Assembly (NCBI GenBank): GCA_965227835.1
Contig: OZ245768.1
Location: forward strand, 840,001 to 872,000
Source: Candidatus Saccharimonadota bacterium
Lineage (GTDB): Bacteria; Patescibacteriota; Gracilibacteria; BD1-5; UBA6164
Reading direction: 5' to 3'
Length of the DNA: 32,000 nucleotides
In this document: piece after piece, positions 11,825 through 20,815 of the stretch
How positions within the stretch are numbered: the stretch's first letter is position 1
How the letters are laid out: each line of letters opens with the position of its first letter
The notes under the pieces: model-generated
The model's input: the letters and a program-made list of their open reading frames with translations, nothing else
Databases searched by the model: none
Told to the model about the DNA's origin: nothing
Program-made: the position numbers and the translations under genes

Positions 11825-12790
11825 ATGTGAGAATCAAATCAAATAAGTTTTGTTATCCTAAACGAGCTAATTCCAGAAAATCATCAATATCGTAAATTTA
11901 AGAAATTGTGGAACTTTGATTGAGTAAATAAAATACTAAAAAATATAGATCTATGAAAAACTCATGTATGATATTGAGTAAAAAAATTATTTCTATGTTT
12001 ACTAATCCAGTTTATGGAAGATCTATCAGATAGAGAGTTAGAGAAATATCTTGCAGAAAATTTAGCTGGTAAATGGTTTTGCTGATTTAAATTAACAGAT
12101 AAAACTCCAGATTATAGTATATTCTCAAGAGCAAGAAAAAAGATATGAACAAATGAACTATCAAAGATATTTGAAGATTTAAAAAATCAATTATCAAATA
12201 AGGGGTATATGAGTGAAGTGTTTACATTTGTAGATGCTTCTCATTTAGTTACTAAAGCTAATTTATGGGAAGAAAGAGATAAATGAATAAAAGAATGATA
12301 TGAAAAAATGAATAATGAAACTCTTCCAAAAGTTGCTAATGATAAGGAAGCTAAAATTTGATCTAAGTGAAAAAATAAATTTTGGTATGGTTATAAAAAA
12401 CACGCTAGTGTTGATATGCAATCTTGAATGATAAACAAGATAGCTATAACTCAAGCTAATGTAACAGATGCAAAGTGAATGAAACATGTATTACCAAATT
12501 CATGAGCAGTATATGCTGATAAGTGATATTGTATTTGACCAGCTATATTATCATCAAAAAAGAAGTGATTACATTTATGTGCAATAAAGAAGAATAATAT
12601 GAAAGAGAAGGATAAGGATAAAGATAGATTTTATTCTAAACTTAGATCTCCTTATGAGAGAGTATTTTCAAAAATGAATCATAGAGTGAGATATAAATCT
12701 GTAGTAAAAAACCAGTTTACTGCATTTATGGAAGCTATATCTTTTAATCTCAAAAGATTGGTTGTATTAGAGGAAATCCCAATAGCTTAG
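11825..12790 (+). CDS. IS5-family DDE transposase (321 aa under table 25).
   Basis: Hand translation: MGESNQISFVILNELIPENHQYRKFKKLW...KKLFLCLLIQFMEDLSDRELEKYLAENLAGKWFCGF (InsH/DUF772-type N-terminus)...FVDASHLVTKAN...FWYGYKKHASVDMQSGMINKIAITQANVTDAKG...AVYADKGY...SPYERVFSKMNHRVRYKSVVKNQFTAFMEAISFNLKRL. It has about 19 in-frame TGA codons. Track ORF 12599-12790 is its tail. Confidence 0.9.
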
Positions 12791-12932
12791 ATTAGTTTCC
12801 TTAGGTGGATTTTGTCTAAAATCCTAAATTATATATAAAAATGGCTATAATTTAACAAAAAATAGATGAATTTTATAAATCTTTCATCTATTTAGTACTT
12901 TTCTTAATTAAAACTCTTTTTAAAATCAAAAC

Positions 12933-12943
12933 GCAACAGACCC
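12933..12943. repeat. Right terminal inverted repeat of the IS5-like element.
   Basis: gcaacagaccc is the reverse complement of 11740-11750. Confidence 0.75.
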
Positions 12944-12971
12944 AAAATCTAAAAACTTTTAAAATATAAAA

Positions 12972-13001
12972 AGACCCACTAACTTAAAAGTTAGTGGGTC
13001 T
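12972..13001 (-). terminator. Rho-independent terminator downstream of the SPFH gene.
   Basis: 12-bp stem agacccactaac / gttagtgggtct with loop ttaaaa. On the minus strand a T-rich run follows the stem. Confidence 0.7.
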
Positions 13002-13037
13002 TTAGTTAAAGCTATTAAGCTTTTATCTCCTTATTTT

Positions 13038-13391
13038 TTATTTTTTTTGTTTTAGATCTTGAGATTCAGGACCTTCTTCGCTTTCAGACGAAGTAACATT
13101 TGATTGAACTTCCTTATTTGAGTTAGGAGTTAATGCACTGGCAATAGCAACAGTTTGAGAAACATTAGCCGAACTCATATCTGCAGGTATGATAATAGTT
13201 TTACTACTTCTAGCAACATCTCTCCAATCAATACCAGCTAAAAGAGCTAAAATCTCTTGATCTGATACACCTTTAAACGAGTGTCGGAATTCATCCATTA
13301 CTGGAGCAAAACCTTTAGCTATAACTTCTCTTTGGTCTACATAGGCTTTAGCTTTTAGTTTTAAACTTTCAGCTTCAGCTTCACCTATCAT
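13038..13391 (-). CDS. SPFH/band-7 (HflC/stomatin-like) protein, C-terminal fragment after a frameshift.
   Basis: MIGEAEAESLKLKAKAYVDQREVIAKGFAPVMDEFRHSFKGVSDQEILALLAGIDWRDVA... The AEAE-rich coiled segment continues the upstream fragment in the -1 frame. TAA at 13038-13040. No TGA codons. Confidence 0.7.
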   Translation of the reverse strand: MIGEAEAESLKLKAKAYVDQREVIAKGFAPVMDEFRHSFKGVSDQEILALLAGIDWRDVARSSKTIIIPADMSSANVSQTVAIASALTPNSNKEVQSNVTSSESEEGPESQDLKQKK

Positions 13392-13990
13392 CAAAATTTT
13401 CTTACTTCAGCTTCAGCTTTAGCAGCTATTTCTTCTCGCTTAGCAGCAATAACCCTATTAAATGAGCTTTGCACTTCTTCACTAGGCATAGGCTCATCTA
13501 TCAAAACAGATAAAATTTCATACCCATAGTTGGAAAACTTATCATCAAGCTCTTTTTTGACTTCTTTAATAATTCCTTTTTTGCTACTGTATACTTTCTC
13601 CATAGTCATAGAAGTAACTTTAGAACGAATAGTATTTAAAATCAAAGAAGTCATCTGTTTTTGAGGATTTTCTAACTCGTAAAAAGCTTCTTTTACCCTA
13701 TCTGGTTTAACTTTATATTGAACAGACCATGGTAAATTTAAAAATGCATCATTTTTAGTTTTTACACCTACATTGCCAGATAACAATTGTATCTGCATAT
13801 TGACCCTACCTACAATACTAGCAATGGGCCATGGAAATTTCAAGCTTAAACCTGGCTCCTTGGTACAGTAAAATTTACCAAAAACCTCAATTACAGCCAC
13901 AGATTTTTGACGTACTATAAAAATAGAACTAAAAAGGATAATTAAACCAACTATCCCACCTATAACTGAGTAAAGTATATTTAAAATCAT
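13385..13990 (-). CDS. SPFH/band-7 protein, N-terminal fragment (TM anchor plus SPFH domain).
   Basis: MILNILYSVIGGIVGLIILFSSIFIVRQKSVAVIEVFGKF...WSVQYKV...EILSVLIDEPMPSEEVQSSFNRVIAAKREEIAAKAEAEVRKF. Under table 25 it then reads tga tga tag, so the frame ends at 13385. There is no TGA anywhere inside the 199 aa. Confidence 0.75.
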
Positions 13991-13997
13991 AATTTAT

Positions 13998-14002
13998 CTC
14001 CT
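13998..14002 (-). promoter_or_regulatory. Shine-Dalgarno (AGGAG) of the SPFH gene.
   Basis: The minus strand reads cctAGGAGataaattATG, a 7-nt spacing. Confidence 0.6.
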
Positions 14003-14067
14003 AGGTAATGATAAAAAAATCGTATGATTATAAAGAACAGCCAATTAATGAAAAATTAAGTAAATAT

Positions 14068-14086
14068 CTACCAGTAGAACTGGTAG
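14068..14086. other. Subterminal hairpin of the IS200-like element, at the end downstream of tnpA.
   Basis: ctaccagt aga actggtag. Confidence 0.6.
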
Positions 14087-14124
14087 CTTTAAATGGAAGC
14101 CCCTAGAAGGGGCTAAAATAGTTT

Positions 14125-14562
14125 TTACCAGTTTAAATCTAACTGATTTCCATCAATGGTTTTATCCTTATGTTGCTGATGTTGAACATAATTTTTTATC
14201 ATATCCAAGTCAAGTCAAACTGTACTTACATAGTATCATCTACTCCAGAAATTCTTCGAGTACAGTCATTTCTTCTTACTATGTTTGTTATGAAGTATTA
14301 TTGCACTCTTTCATTTCAATCTTCACAGAATTTCTGCAACAGAGTATTTTGGAGATATCCTCAAAACGAGATGAACATGATCTATCGTTATATTTCATTT
14401 TAATATCTCAAAATCATATCTCTTTGCAAGTTCATGAAATGTGTCTCGTATATCTTTTCTAACTGATTGAAAAAGTATTTTTTTTCGGTACTTTGGTACC
14501 ACCACTATGTGGTAAGTGCAGTCCCAATTCACATGGGACTGCTTTGCGTATTTGTGGGACAT
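14125..14562 (-). CDS. tnpA: IS200/IS605-family Y1 (HUH) transposase TnpA (145 aa under table 25).
   Basis: MSHKYAKQSHVNWDCTYHIVVVPKYRKKILFQSVRKDIRDTFHELAKRYDFEILKGNITIDHVHLVLRISPKYSVAEILGRLKGKSAIILHNKH...NFWSRGYYVSTVGLDLDMIKNYVQHQ. The HUH motif (HVHLV) and the catalytic YYVSTVG motif are present. Seven in-frame TGA codons encode Gly. The frame scan was clean. Confidence 0.9.
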
Positions 14563-14644
14563 ATCTTTAAAAAGTTATTCCCCTCCTAGGTGCTTCCTAG
14601 AAGATTATACACAACTACCGGAACGGTAAAACCTCCACTACTCG

Positions 14645-14661
14645 CACCAGCAGAGCTGGTG
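14645..14661. other. Subterminal hairpin of the IS200-like element, at the end upstream of tnpA.
   Basis: caccagc aga gctggtg. Confidence 0.6.
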
Positions 14662-15087
14662 GTTTAGTGTTGGATTAATTAAAAACATAAAACTTTGTAA
14701 AAAATTCCTTCATAAAATCAGCAACCTAGTTTTATAAAAAATTCCCAAAGTAAGAAATGAAGTGCAATTAAAAGAGAAGAAAATATAGTATTCCCCGTAG
14801 GGTAATAACATTATTTTCTATTTGTCAAATAATTTTTTCAAACCTACCCACTTTTTTGTGTTTTATAGCTTATCCTTTACCTTTATATAAATGAAAACAG
14901 AGGTTCTATATTAATTGACTTTTGTAAATACCAAATTAGCTTAAATAAGTCTTTTATAAAACAAAAAAGATAAAGAACTAAAAATAGTCCAATATCTTTT
15001 TATTTAAACTAAAAGCTAAGTAAACTTTCTATAAAAAACATAATTCGCTATCACTTTGAGATTATCAAAACTAACCTCCAAACTTTT

Positions 15088-18000
15088 CTAAAACCCACAA
15101 AGAAATATTTCAAGAATCCAAAACCTTAATATTAGTACTTATTTTTTGATTATTCAAATTTATAAACACTTCCATTTTTCATGGTTTTTGTTCAAGCAAA
15201 AAATTCTTTAAATCAACCAAATCTTGTTTTTTAGCAAAACTAGGAATATCTATAACATACTCATCTCTTAAAATAATTTTTTCAAGATTTTCAGATTTAT
15301 TGTCGTTAATTTTTTCATCTAAACTAGATTCAAAATCTTCAAGTTTTTCTTCATCTTCCAAAAAATCATCTCCCAAAGAATCAGAAATCTTTTTTTGATT
15401 TTCATCAAAAAGACCATTTTCTATAGCTTGATCCCTAACCTGTGATATACTGGCTATTTTTACTCAATCAATTTTAGGTCTAATAGACTTTCTAGAATAT
15501 TCTAAATTTATATCCAAAAATCCTTCAACTATAATAATTTTGTAGAAATCTATCTTATCTCAGTATTTCTCAACATCTTTTGAAAACAAAGTAAGTTCAA
15601 AAGAATAATCATATCATTCACATTTTAGAAAAATCATAGGTTTTCAAGTCTTTGTGAAAATCTTTCTAAAATCAATTACAACTCAAATTGCTTCACATTC
15701 TTCTCTTTTGATCTCTTCATTTTCCTTCTTATTTTCTAAAGAATATTCAGGTAGTTTTGATAAATCATCAAAACTCATTTTTAGTTTATTTGTATTCATA
15801 CTTCTTCTAGAACAATATCTAAACATACCATCTAAAGGATGTCCAGAAACCCAAAATCATATCACTTCTCTTTCTCAATGCAATTTTTGTTCAAAACTCA
15901 TAGATTCTGTTTCTTCTAACTCTAGCCTTTCTTGAAATTCTTCAAAATCATCAAAAAGTCACATTTGGTTTGTCTCTTTTTTATCCTCATCTTTTCTAGA
16001 AAAATTTATCATATTAGGGACAGAAGCAAGCATAGATGCTCTTTCTCAAAATTTATCAATAGCTCATGATCTTATGAGTGCTTCCAAGGTCTTTTTATTT
16101 ATAACTTCTTTGGGGCAAGATTCTATAAAATGTTCTAAATTTCTAAAAGTTCAACCTATTTTGTCTCTAGTTTCTATTATTTTGTTTATAGGAGTATCTC
16201 ATATTCATTTTATAGCTTTGAATCAAAAAACTATAGTCTTATCATCTATATAGGTAAAATGTTTTAAAGATTCGTTTACATTTGGTGCTAAAACAGAAAT
16301 TCATTTTAAACTACATTCAAAAACCTCCAATTGAACTCTGTCTATATTTTCTTCGTCAGAAACCATAAGAGAGGTAAGAAATTCTGTGGGATAATATGAC
16401 TTTAAGTAGGCTGTTTGATATGAAATAAGAGCATAACAAGCTCAGTGTGATTTGTTGAAAGAATAATTGGATGCTGGTTGTATCATTTCTTCGTATATGT
16501 ATTTGGTTAATTCTGGTTTATATCACCTAAATTTTTCTCATTTTTCTATAAATTCTTTTTTAAGTGCTTCTATAACCTCTACTTTCTTTTTTCAAACTCA
16601 CCTCCTGAGTAAATCAGCTTCACCTAAAGAAAATCAAGCCATATATTGCACCATAAAAATCAATTGTTCTTGATATACAGCTATACCATAAGTTACATCT
16701 AAAATCTTTTTTAGATCCTCTTCTAGCATAAGTTTTTGCTCTTTTATTACCTCATCACTATATCAAGCTTTTTTCATTATTTTTATAAGTTCTTCTGGCA
16801 TATATGAAACTTTCTCTCAATGTTTTCTTTTTATATATGTTGGTATATAAGCAAGTGGTCCAGGTCTATAAAGAGAAACCATAGCTATAAGATCATCAAA
16901 AGAATTTGGTTTTAGATCACGAAGATATTTTTTCATTCAATCAGATTCAAACTGAAATACTCCAAGTGTATCACCTAAGGCAAAAGTTTCTAAAGCTTTG
17001 CTGTCTCAGGTATCTAGGTTTAAAACATCTATTTTTTTTCATTTGTTTTTTTCAATTATTTCAACTGTTCTTTTTATAACAGTAAGATTTCTAAGTCAAA
17101 GGAAATCCATTTTTAGAAGCCCTAAATCTTCTAAAGGATATGCAGAATATTGTGTTATGATTGAGTTATCATCTTTTGGTGGATATTGAAGGGCTGTATA
17201 TTTGGTCATCTTTTCAGGAGCTATAATAAGGGCACATGCATGTACTCATATTTGCCTAACATTTCACTCTATTTTTATGGCATTATCTATAATTTCTTTG
17301 TATTTTTTACTTTTATATGCCTCGGCAAATTCAAAAGAATCTTTCAAAGCTTGCTCTAGTTTGATTCAAACTTTTTCAGGAATGGTTTTTACTAGTTCGT
17401 TCATTTCAGAGAAACTTATTCCATAAACTCTTCATACATCTTTTATGGCTGCTCTTGCTGCAAAAGTACCGAAAGTACAAACTTTAACTACCTTATCTTT
17501 TCAATATTTTTCAGTACAATATTCAATCACTCTATGTAGTTCATTATCAGCAAAGTCGGTATCTATATCAGGCATAGAAATTCTTGCAGGGTTTAAAAAT
17601 CTTTCAAAAAGAAGATCATATTTCAAGGGATCTAAATCAGTGATTCAAGAAAGATATGCCATCAAGCTTCATGCTGCTGATCATCTACCAGGTCAAACGG
17701 GTATGTTTTCATATTTGGCCCAGTTTATATAGTCTGCTACTATCAAAAAATATGCATCAAATCACATTTCATGTACTACTAAAAGTTCATATTCCAGCCT
17801 ATCAATTATATTTTTTTTGTTTTCATCAAGAGAATTTATAAAATTCTTTTTTTCATCAGTGTAATAAGTAATTGATAGTTCTTTCAACTCATCTGGAAGA
17901 GTATCTGTGAGTTTTTTTTGTAAACCTTTTTTATCAAGTTTTTTTACAAGTTCAAAAATGATTTCCTCGCTCAAACAAAAATTAAATCTATAATTTAATC

Positions 18001-19012
18001 ATTTAAAAGAAAGGTATCTTAAGTACCATTCAGAAGTATCAAGTTTTTTGATTGAGTTTTGATTTTTTTCTAGATTTATAGCTTTTTCATAAATAATTTG
18101 GTCTCTGTTTGGAAGCTCAAATTTTGGTATCAAAATATTTCATGTTTCTATTTTTATATCTATTTTATCTGCTATTTTATTTGTATTTTCCAATGCTTCT
18201 GGAATAAATCAAAAAAGCATTTGCATATCTTCATATGTAGTAAATGAATAGTCTCAATTTATAAGTGTTGGTCTATCAGGATTTTCTAGTTCATGTCAGC
18301 TACCAAGAGCCATTATAACATCTTGGGATTTCATATCTTCCTTGTCCAGGTAATAGCAATTTTGAGCTGCAACTATAGGGATTTTATATTTTTCAGAAAT
18401 TCTTATGATTTCTTTTGTTACGAGTTTTTGTTTAGGTATATCTTCATGATCAAGTATTTCTAAATAAAAATCATCTTCTCAAAAAATATCCTGATAAAGT
18501 TTTATTTTATCAAGTATTTCTTCATCTGTTTTTCAAGATAATATATAAAACGGTATTTCTCAAGAAATAGGTCAGGATAGGGCTACAATATCTAAATTTT
18601 TTTTTGGATTGTCTGAAGGAGAACAAATACCTTGGTTTTCTAGCAAGCTGGAAGATTCTTTTATATCTTCTAATTTGATTCTAGATGTGCTTCAAGAGTT
18701 GCTTAAATTGGCTTTTGTAACTAGAGATAAGATATTTCTATATCCGTTAATATTTTTTGCTAAAAGTACTAGTTTGTGGTTAATTTTTTCATCCAAGCTT
18801 GATTCTACAAGTATTTCTGTTCAAAGTATTGGTTTTATTCACTGTTCAATACAAGATTTATAAAATTCGTGGCAACCATATACATTTGAAGTATCTGTAA
18901 GAGCAACTGCTTTCATACCTAGTTCTTTAGCTTTTTTGGCATATTCTGAAGGTTTAGGTAATCATTCTAAAATAGAGTAGTGGCTATGATTATGTAGGTG
19001 TACAAAAGACAT
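15088..19012 (-). CDS. dnaE: DNA polymerase III alpha subunit. The end is uncertain: the TGA near 15178 must be read as Gly under table 25, which moves the stop to the TAG at 15088-15090.
   Basis: ATG at 19012. PHP domain: [46 protein letters not shown]. Catalytic motif: [18 protein letters not shown] (about 17550-17600). The frame scan from 15361 to 19012 found no TAA or TAG. Track ORFs 17762-17974 and 15179-15376 are fragments in the same frame. Confidence 0.85.
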
Positions 19013-19109
19013 AAAAGTAAATTGGGTTTTTAATTTTATTTAAAAAATTATAATAATTTAGAATTTTTATTCAAAAGTAAAAAATATTTGTAAATAGAGG
19101 TTTAAAAAA

Positions 19110-19153
19110 GCCCCTTTATGTGTTTTCAAGTAATTGAAAACACATAAAGGGGC
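19110..19153 (-). terminator. Strong (bidirectional-looking) terminator between the membrane-protein gene and dnaE.
   Basis: 18-bp stem gcccctttatgtgttttc / gaaaacacataaaggggc with loop aagtaatt. T-runs lie on both sides. Confidence 0.75.
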
Positions 19154-19175
19154 TAAATTTTTTACTCCTCTTTAT

Positions 19176-19976
19176 TTAGTCTAAGCTATAGGTTAAACAC
19201 TGTTTTTTGAGAACAGTATATAATCCCCACAAAACCATGAAAGGTAGGCAAATAAAAGCAGAGACTATTAAAAGTATTAAAATTAAATATATGAATCCCA
19301 ATATATAAGACATAAATGGATTATCTATGAATGAAATACCTATATATAGCAATAAAGGTAATAGTGCATATATTGGTCTCAAACGAAATGTAAAATTAAG
19401 TATTTTTAAGTCTTTGGTATATTTATCTTTTTCAACAGGAAATTGAAAGTCATCTGAATTCAAAAAAATCAAAAAACTTCTATATCCAAGATCATATATC
19501 TTGTGTCCCAAAAGAAGCTTATAAGAAACTAATAATAAGTAAAAAATTAAAAAAACTAAAATACCTATTAAAGTACCTATAAATAAAAAAACAAAACCAA
19601 AAAACATAAATATTGGTAAAAAGAATATAATGTTGTGTGTATCACAAAAATTCATATCCACCTTTGAAGATTCTTTATACTTATTAAGATTTTTATGGTA
19701 GTAAAATAAATTTCTAAAAGAAAGATATATAACCTTCAAAAAAATACCATCTTTTGATATTTTCTTTTGCTTAATGAGATAAAATAGACTACACCAAAGT
19801 AAGGCAAAAACTAAAAGCAAAGTTAATGCAATTTTTGATACAAGTTCAATATTTAGTTCTGTATAGTTGTGATAAATATATAAAGATCCAAATATTAAAC
19901 AAGCAAGTAATACTATATTACAAAAAAATCTAATTCCACCAGAAATAAGAGGAATAGAGTTTGCTTCTTTTTTCAT
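19176..19976 (-). CDS. Hypothetical multipass membrane protein (266 aa). No family recognised.
   Basis: Intact in the standard code with no TGA. Several long hydrophobic segments: FFCNIVLLACLIFGSLYIY, IALTLLLVFALLWCSLFYL, IFFLPIFMFFGFVFLFIGTLIGILVFLIFYLLLV, ILGFIYLILILLIVSAFICLPFMVLWGLY. Confidence 0.8.
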   Translation of the reverse strand: MKKEANSIPLISGGIRFFCNIVLLACLIFGSLYIYHNYTELNIELVSKIALTLLLVFALLWCSLFYLIKQKKISKDGIFLKVIYLSFRNLFYYHKNLNKYKESSKVDMNFCDTHNIIFFLPIFMFFGFVFLFIGTLIGILVFLIFYLLLVSYKLLLGHKIYDLGYRSFLIFLNSDDFQFPVEKDKYTKDLKILNFTFRLRPIYALLPLLLYIGISFIDNPFMSYILGFIYLILILLIVSAFICLPFMVLWGLYTVLKKQCLTYSLD

Positions 19977-19982
19977 AATAAA

Positions 19983-19988
19983 CTCCTT
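19983..19988 (-). promoter_or_regulatory. Shine-Dalgarno (AAGGAG) of the membrane-protein gene.
   Basis: The minus strand reads aaAAGGAGtttattATG, a 6-nt spacing. Confidence 0.6.
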
Positions 19989-20189
19989 TTTATGTGAATG
20001 AACGAAAGCAAAATTATAGTATGTATAGATTTAATATTGTCAAAAAAATTGTATTTTTACATATATTTTCATTTTACCAAGTTATAATTTATAAAAATTA
20101 ACTAATTTTTCTAAAATTTGACTTAAAACTCTTTTTTTATAAGATACCTTTTACAGTTTTTTTGACACAAGTTAGAAGTTTAAAAAATT

Positions 20190-20265
20190 GCCAATTTAGC
20201 TCAGTTGGTAGAGCACTCGCCTTGTAAGCGAATGGTCATCGGTTCAAGTCCGATAATTGGCTCCA
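20190..20265 (+). tRNA. tRNA-Thr: tRNA-Thr (anticodon UGU), with encoded CCA.
   Basis: GCCAATT acceptor pairs with AATTGGC. D arm GCTC-AGTTGGTA-GAGC. Anticodon loop cTTGTAa. T arm ATCGG-TTCAAGT-CCGAT. Ends in TCCA. Confidence 0.9.
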
Positions 20266-20269
20266 TTTA

Positions 20270-20354
20270 GGGCAGATTCCAGAGTGGTCAAATGGGGGGG
20301 ACTGTAAATCCCTTAGCTACGCTTTCGGGGGTTCGAATCCCTCTCTGCCCACCA
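20270..20354 (+). tRNA. tRNA-Tyr: tRNA-Tyr (anticodon GUA), class II long variable arm, with encoded CCA.
   Basis: GGGCAGA acceptor pairs with TCTGCCC. Anticodon loop cTGTAaa. T loop GGTTCGAATCC. 85 nt. Confidence 0.9.
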
Positions 20355-20361
20355 TAAAGAA

Positions 20362-20446
20362 GCCCAAGTGGTGGAATTGGTAGACACGCTGGTCTTAGAA
20401 ACCAGTTCTTAATCGAGTGAGAGTTCGAGTCTCTCCTTGGGCACCA
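20362..20446 (+). tRNA. tRNA-Leu: tRNA-Leu (anticodon UAG), class II, with encoded CCA.
   Basis: GCCCAAG acceptor pairs with CTTGGGC. Anticodon stem ctggt/accag with loop cTTAGaa. T loop GAGTTCGAGTCTC. 85 nt. Confidence 0.9.
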
Positions 20447-20502
20447 TTTATCACAAAAGATACAATATATAAAATTTTTATTAGAAAATAAATTTAAAAA
20501 AT

Positions 20503-20724
20503 ATGAAAACTTGAATACATCCTAAATCAAATTTAGTTAAAATAACCTGCTCTTGTGGCAGTGTTTTTGAATTAAGTTCTACAATTTCTTGAGATACAAG
20601 AGTAGAAATCTGTTCAAATTGTCATCCTTTTTATACAGGGGAACAAAAAATTCTTAAAACTGGTGCCGTTGATAAGTTTTATGCAAGAAGAAAAAAGACT
20701 GAAGAGTTGAATAAGAAAAAGTAA
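20503..20724 (+). CDS. rpmE: 50S ribosomal protein L31 (73 aa under table 25).
   Basis: [73 protein letters not shown]. Two TGA codons fall at conserved Gly positions, including MK-x-G-IHP. Confidence 0.9.
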
Positions 20725-20746
20725 ATTTTTGTTTTGAGACCTAAAT

Positions 20747-20788
20747 AAAGAAAAAAATCATTTCGTTAATGAAATGATTTTTTTCTTT
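20747..20788. terminator. AT-rich 18-bp hairpin between the convergent genes rpmE and array gene R1. Likely a bidirectional terminator.
   Basis: aaagaaaaaaatcatttc gttaat gaaatgatttttttcttt, with T/A runs on both sides. Confidence 0.55.
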
Positions 20789-20815
20789 ATTTTAAATATT
20801 TTTAAGGATAGAGTT

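Larger units (their letters stand above)
11740..12943 (+). mobile_element. IS5-family insertion sequence (about 1.2 kb) with terminal inverted repeats and a possible AAAAT target duplication.
   Basis: IRL gggtctgttgc (11740-11750) is the exact reverse complement of IRR gcaacagaccc (12933-12943), with partial matching further inward. aaaat flanks both ends (11735-11739 and 12944-12948). The element contains a single DDE transposase ORF. Confidence 0.8.
14060..14665 (-). mobile_element. IS200/IS605-family element (tnpA only). Boundaries are approximate.
   Basis: A Y1 transposase ORF is flanked by similar subterminal hairpins: ctaccagt-aga-actggtag (14068-14086), agcccct-aga-aggggct (14098-14114) and caccagc-aga-gctggtg (14645-14661). 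A 5' UTR stem ctagg/cctag (14586-14600) overlaps an AGGAGG box, as in IS200. Confidence 0.7.

Noticed and set aside
9678-14403. Track ORFs 9678-9998 (-), 8953-9141 (-), 12263-12487 (-) and 14170-14403 (+).
   Set aside because: They are antisense shadows of the AAA+ ATPase, the IS5 transposase and the IS200 TnpA genes respectively.
14666-15087. A gap of about 420 bp between the IS200-like element and dnaE, including a small imperfect hairpin tattcccc-gta-gggtaata near 14789-14807.
   Set aside because: I could find no ORF of meaningful length in any frame under table 25 and no recognisable RNA motif. I treat it as AT-rich intergenic DNA or an IS remnant.
15359-15365. Apparent conflict between the printed sequence and the ORF track in the dnaE tail. 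I count an A7 run here, but the track peptide [10 protein letters not shown]... and its coordinates (15179-15376) require A6. By my count the terminal tca lies at 15178-15180.
   Set aside because: I cannot resolve this by hand. It may be my counting error or a homopolymer-length difference. I do not claim a dnaE frameshift, because the flanking protein sequence ([16 protein letters not shown]) is continuous with A6. If A7 is real, the frame would break about 60 codons before the end.
20162-20167. A perfect TTGACA hexamer 23 nt upstream of tRNA-Thr, as a possible tRNA operon promoter.
   Set aside because: No acceptable -10 hexamer lies at 16-18 nt spacing (only taaaaa/aaattg), and the 5' end of the tRNA would be too close. 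It is left unannotated.
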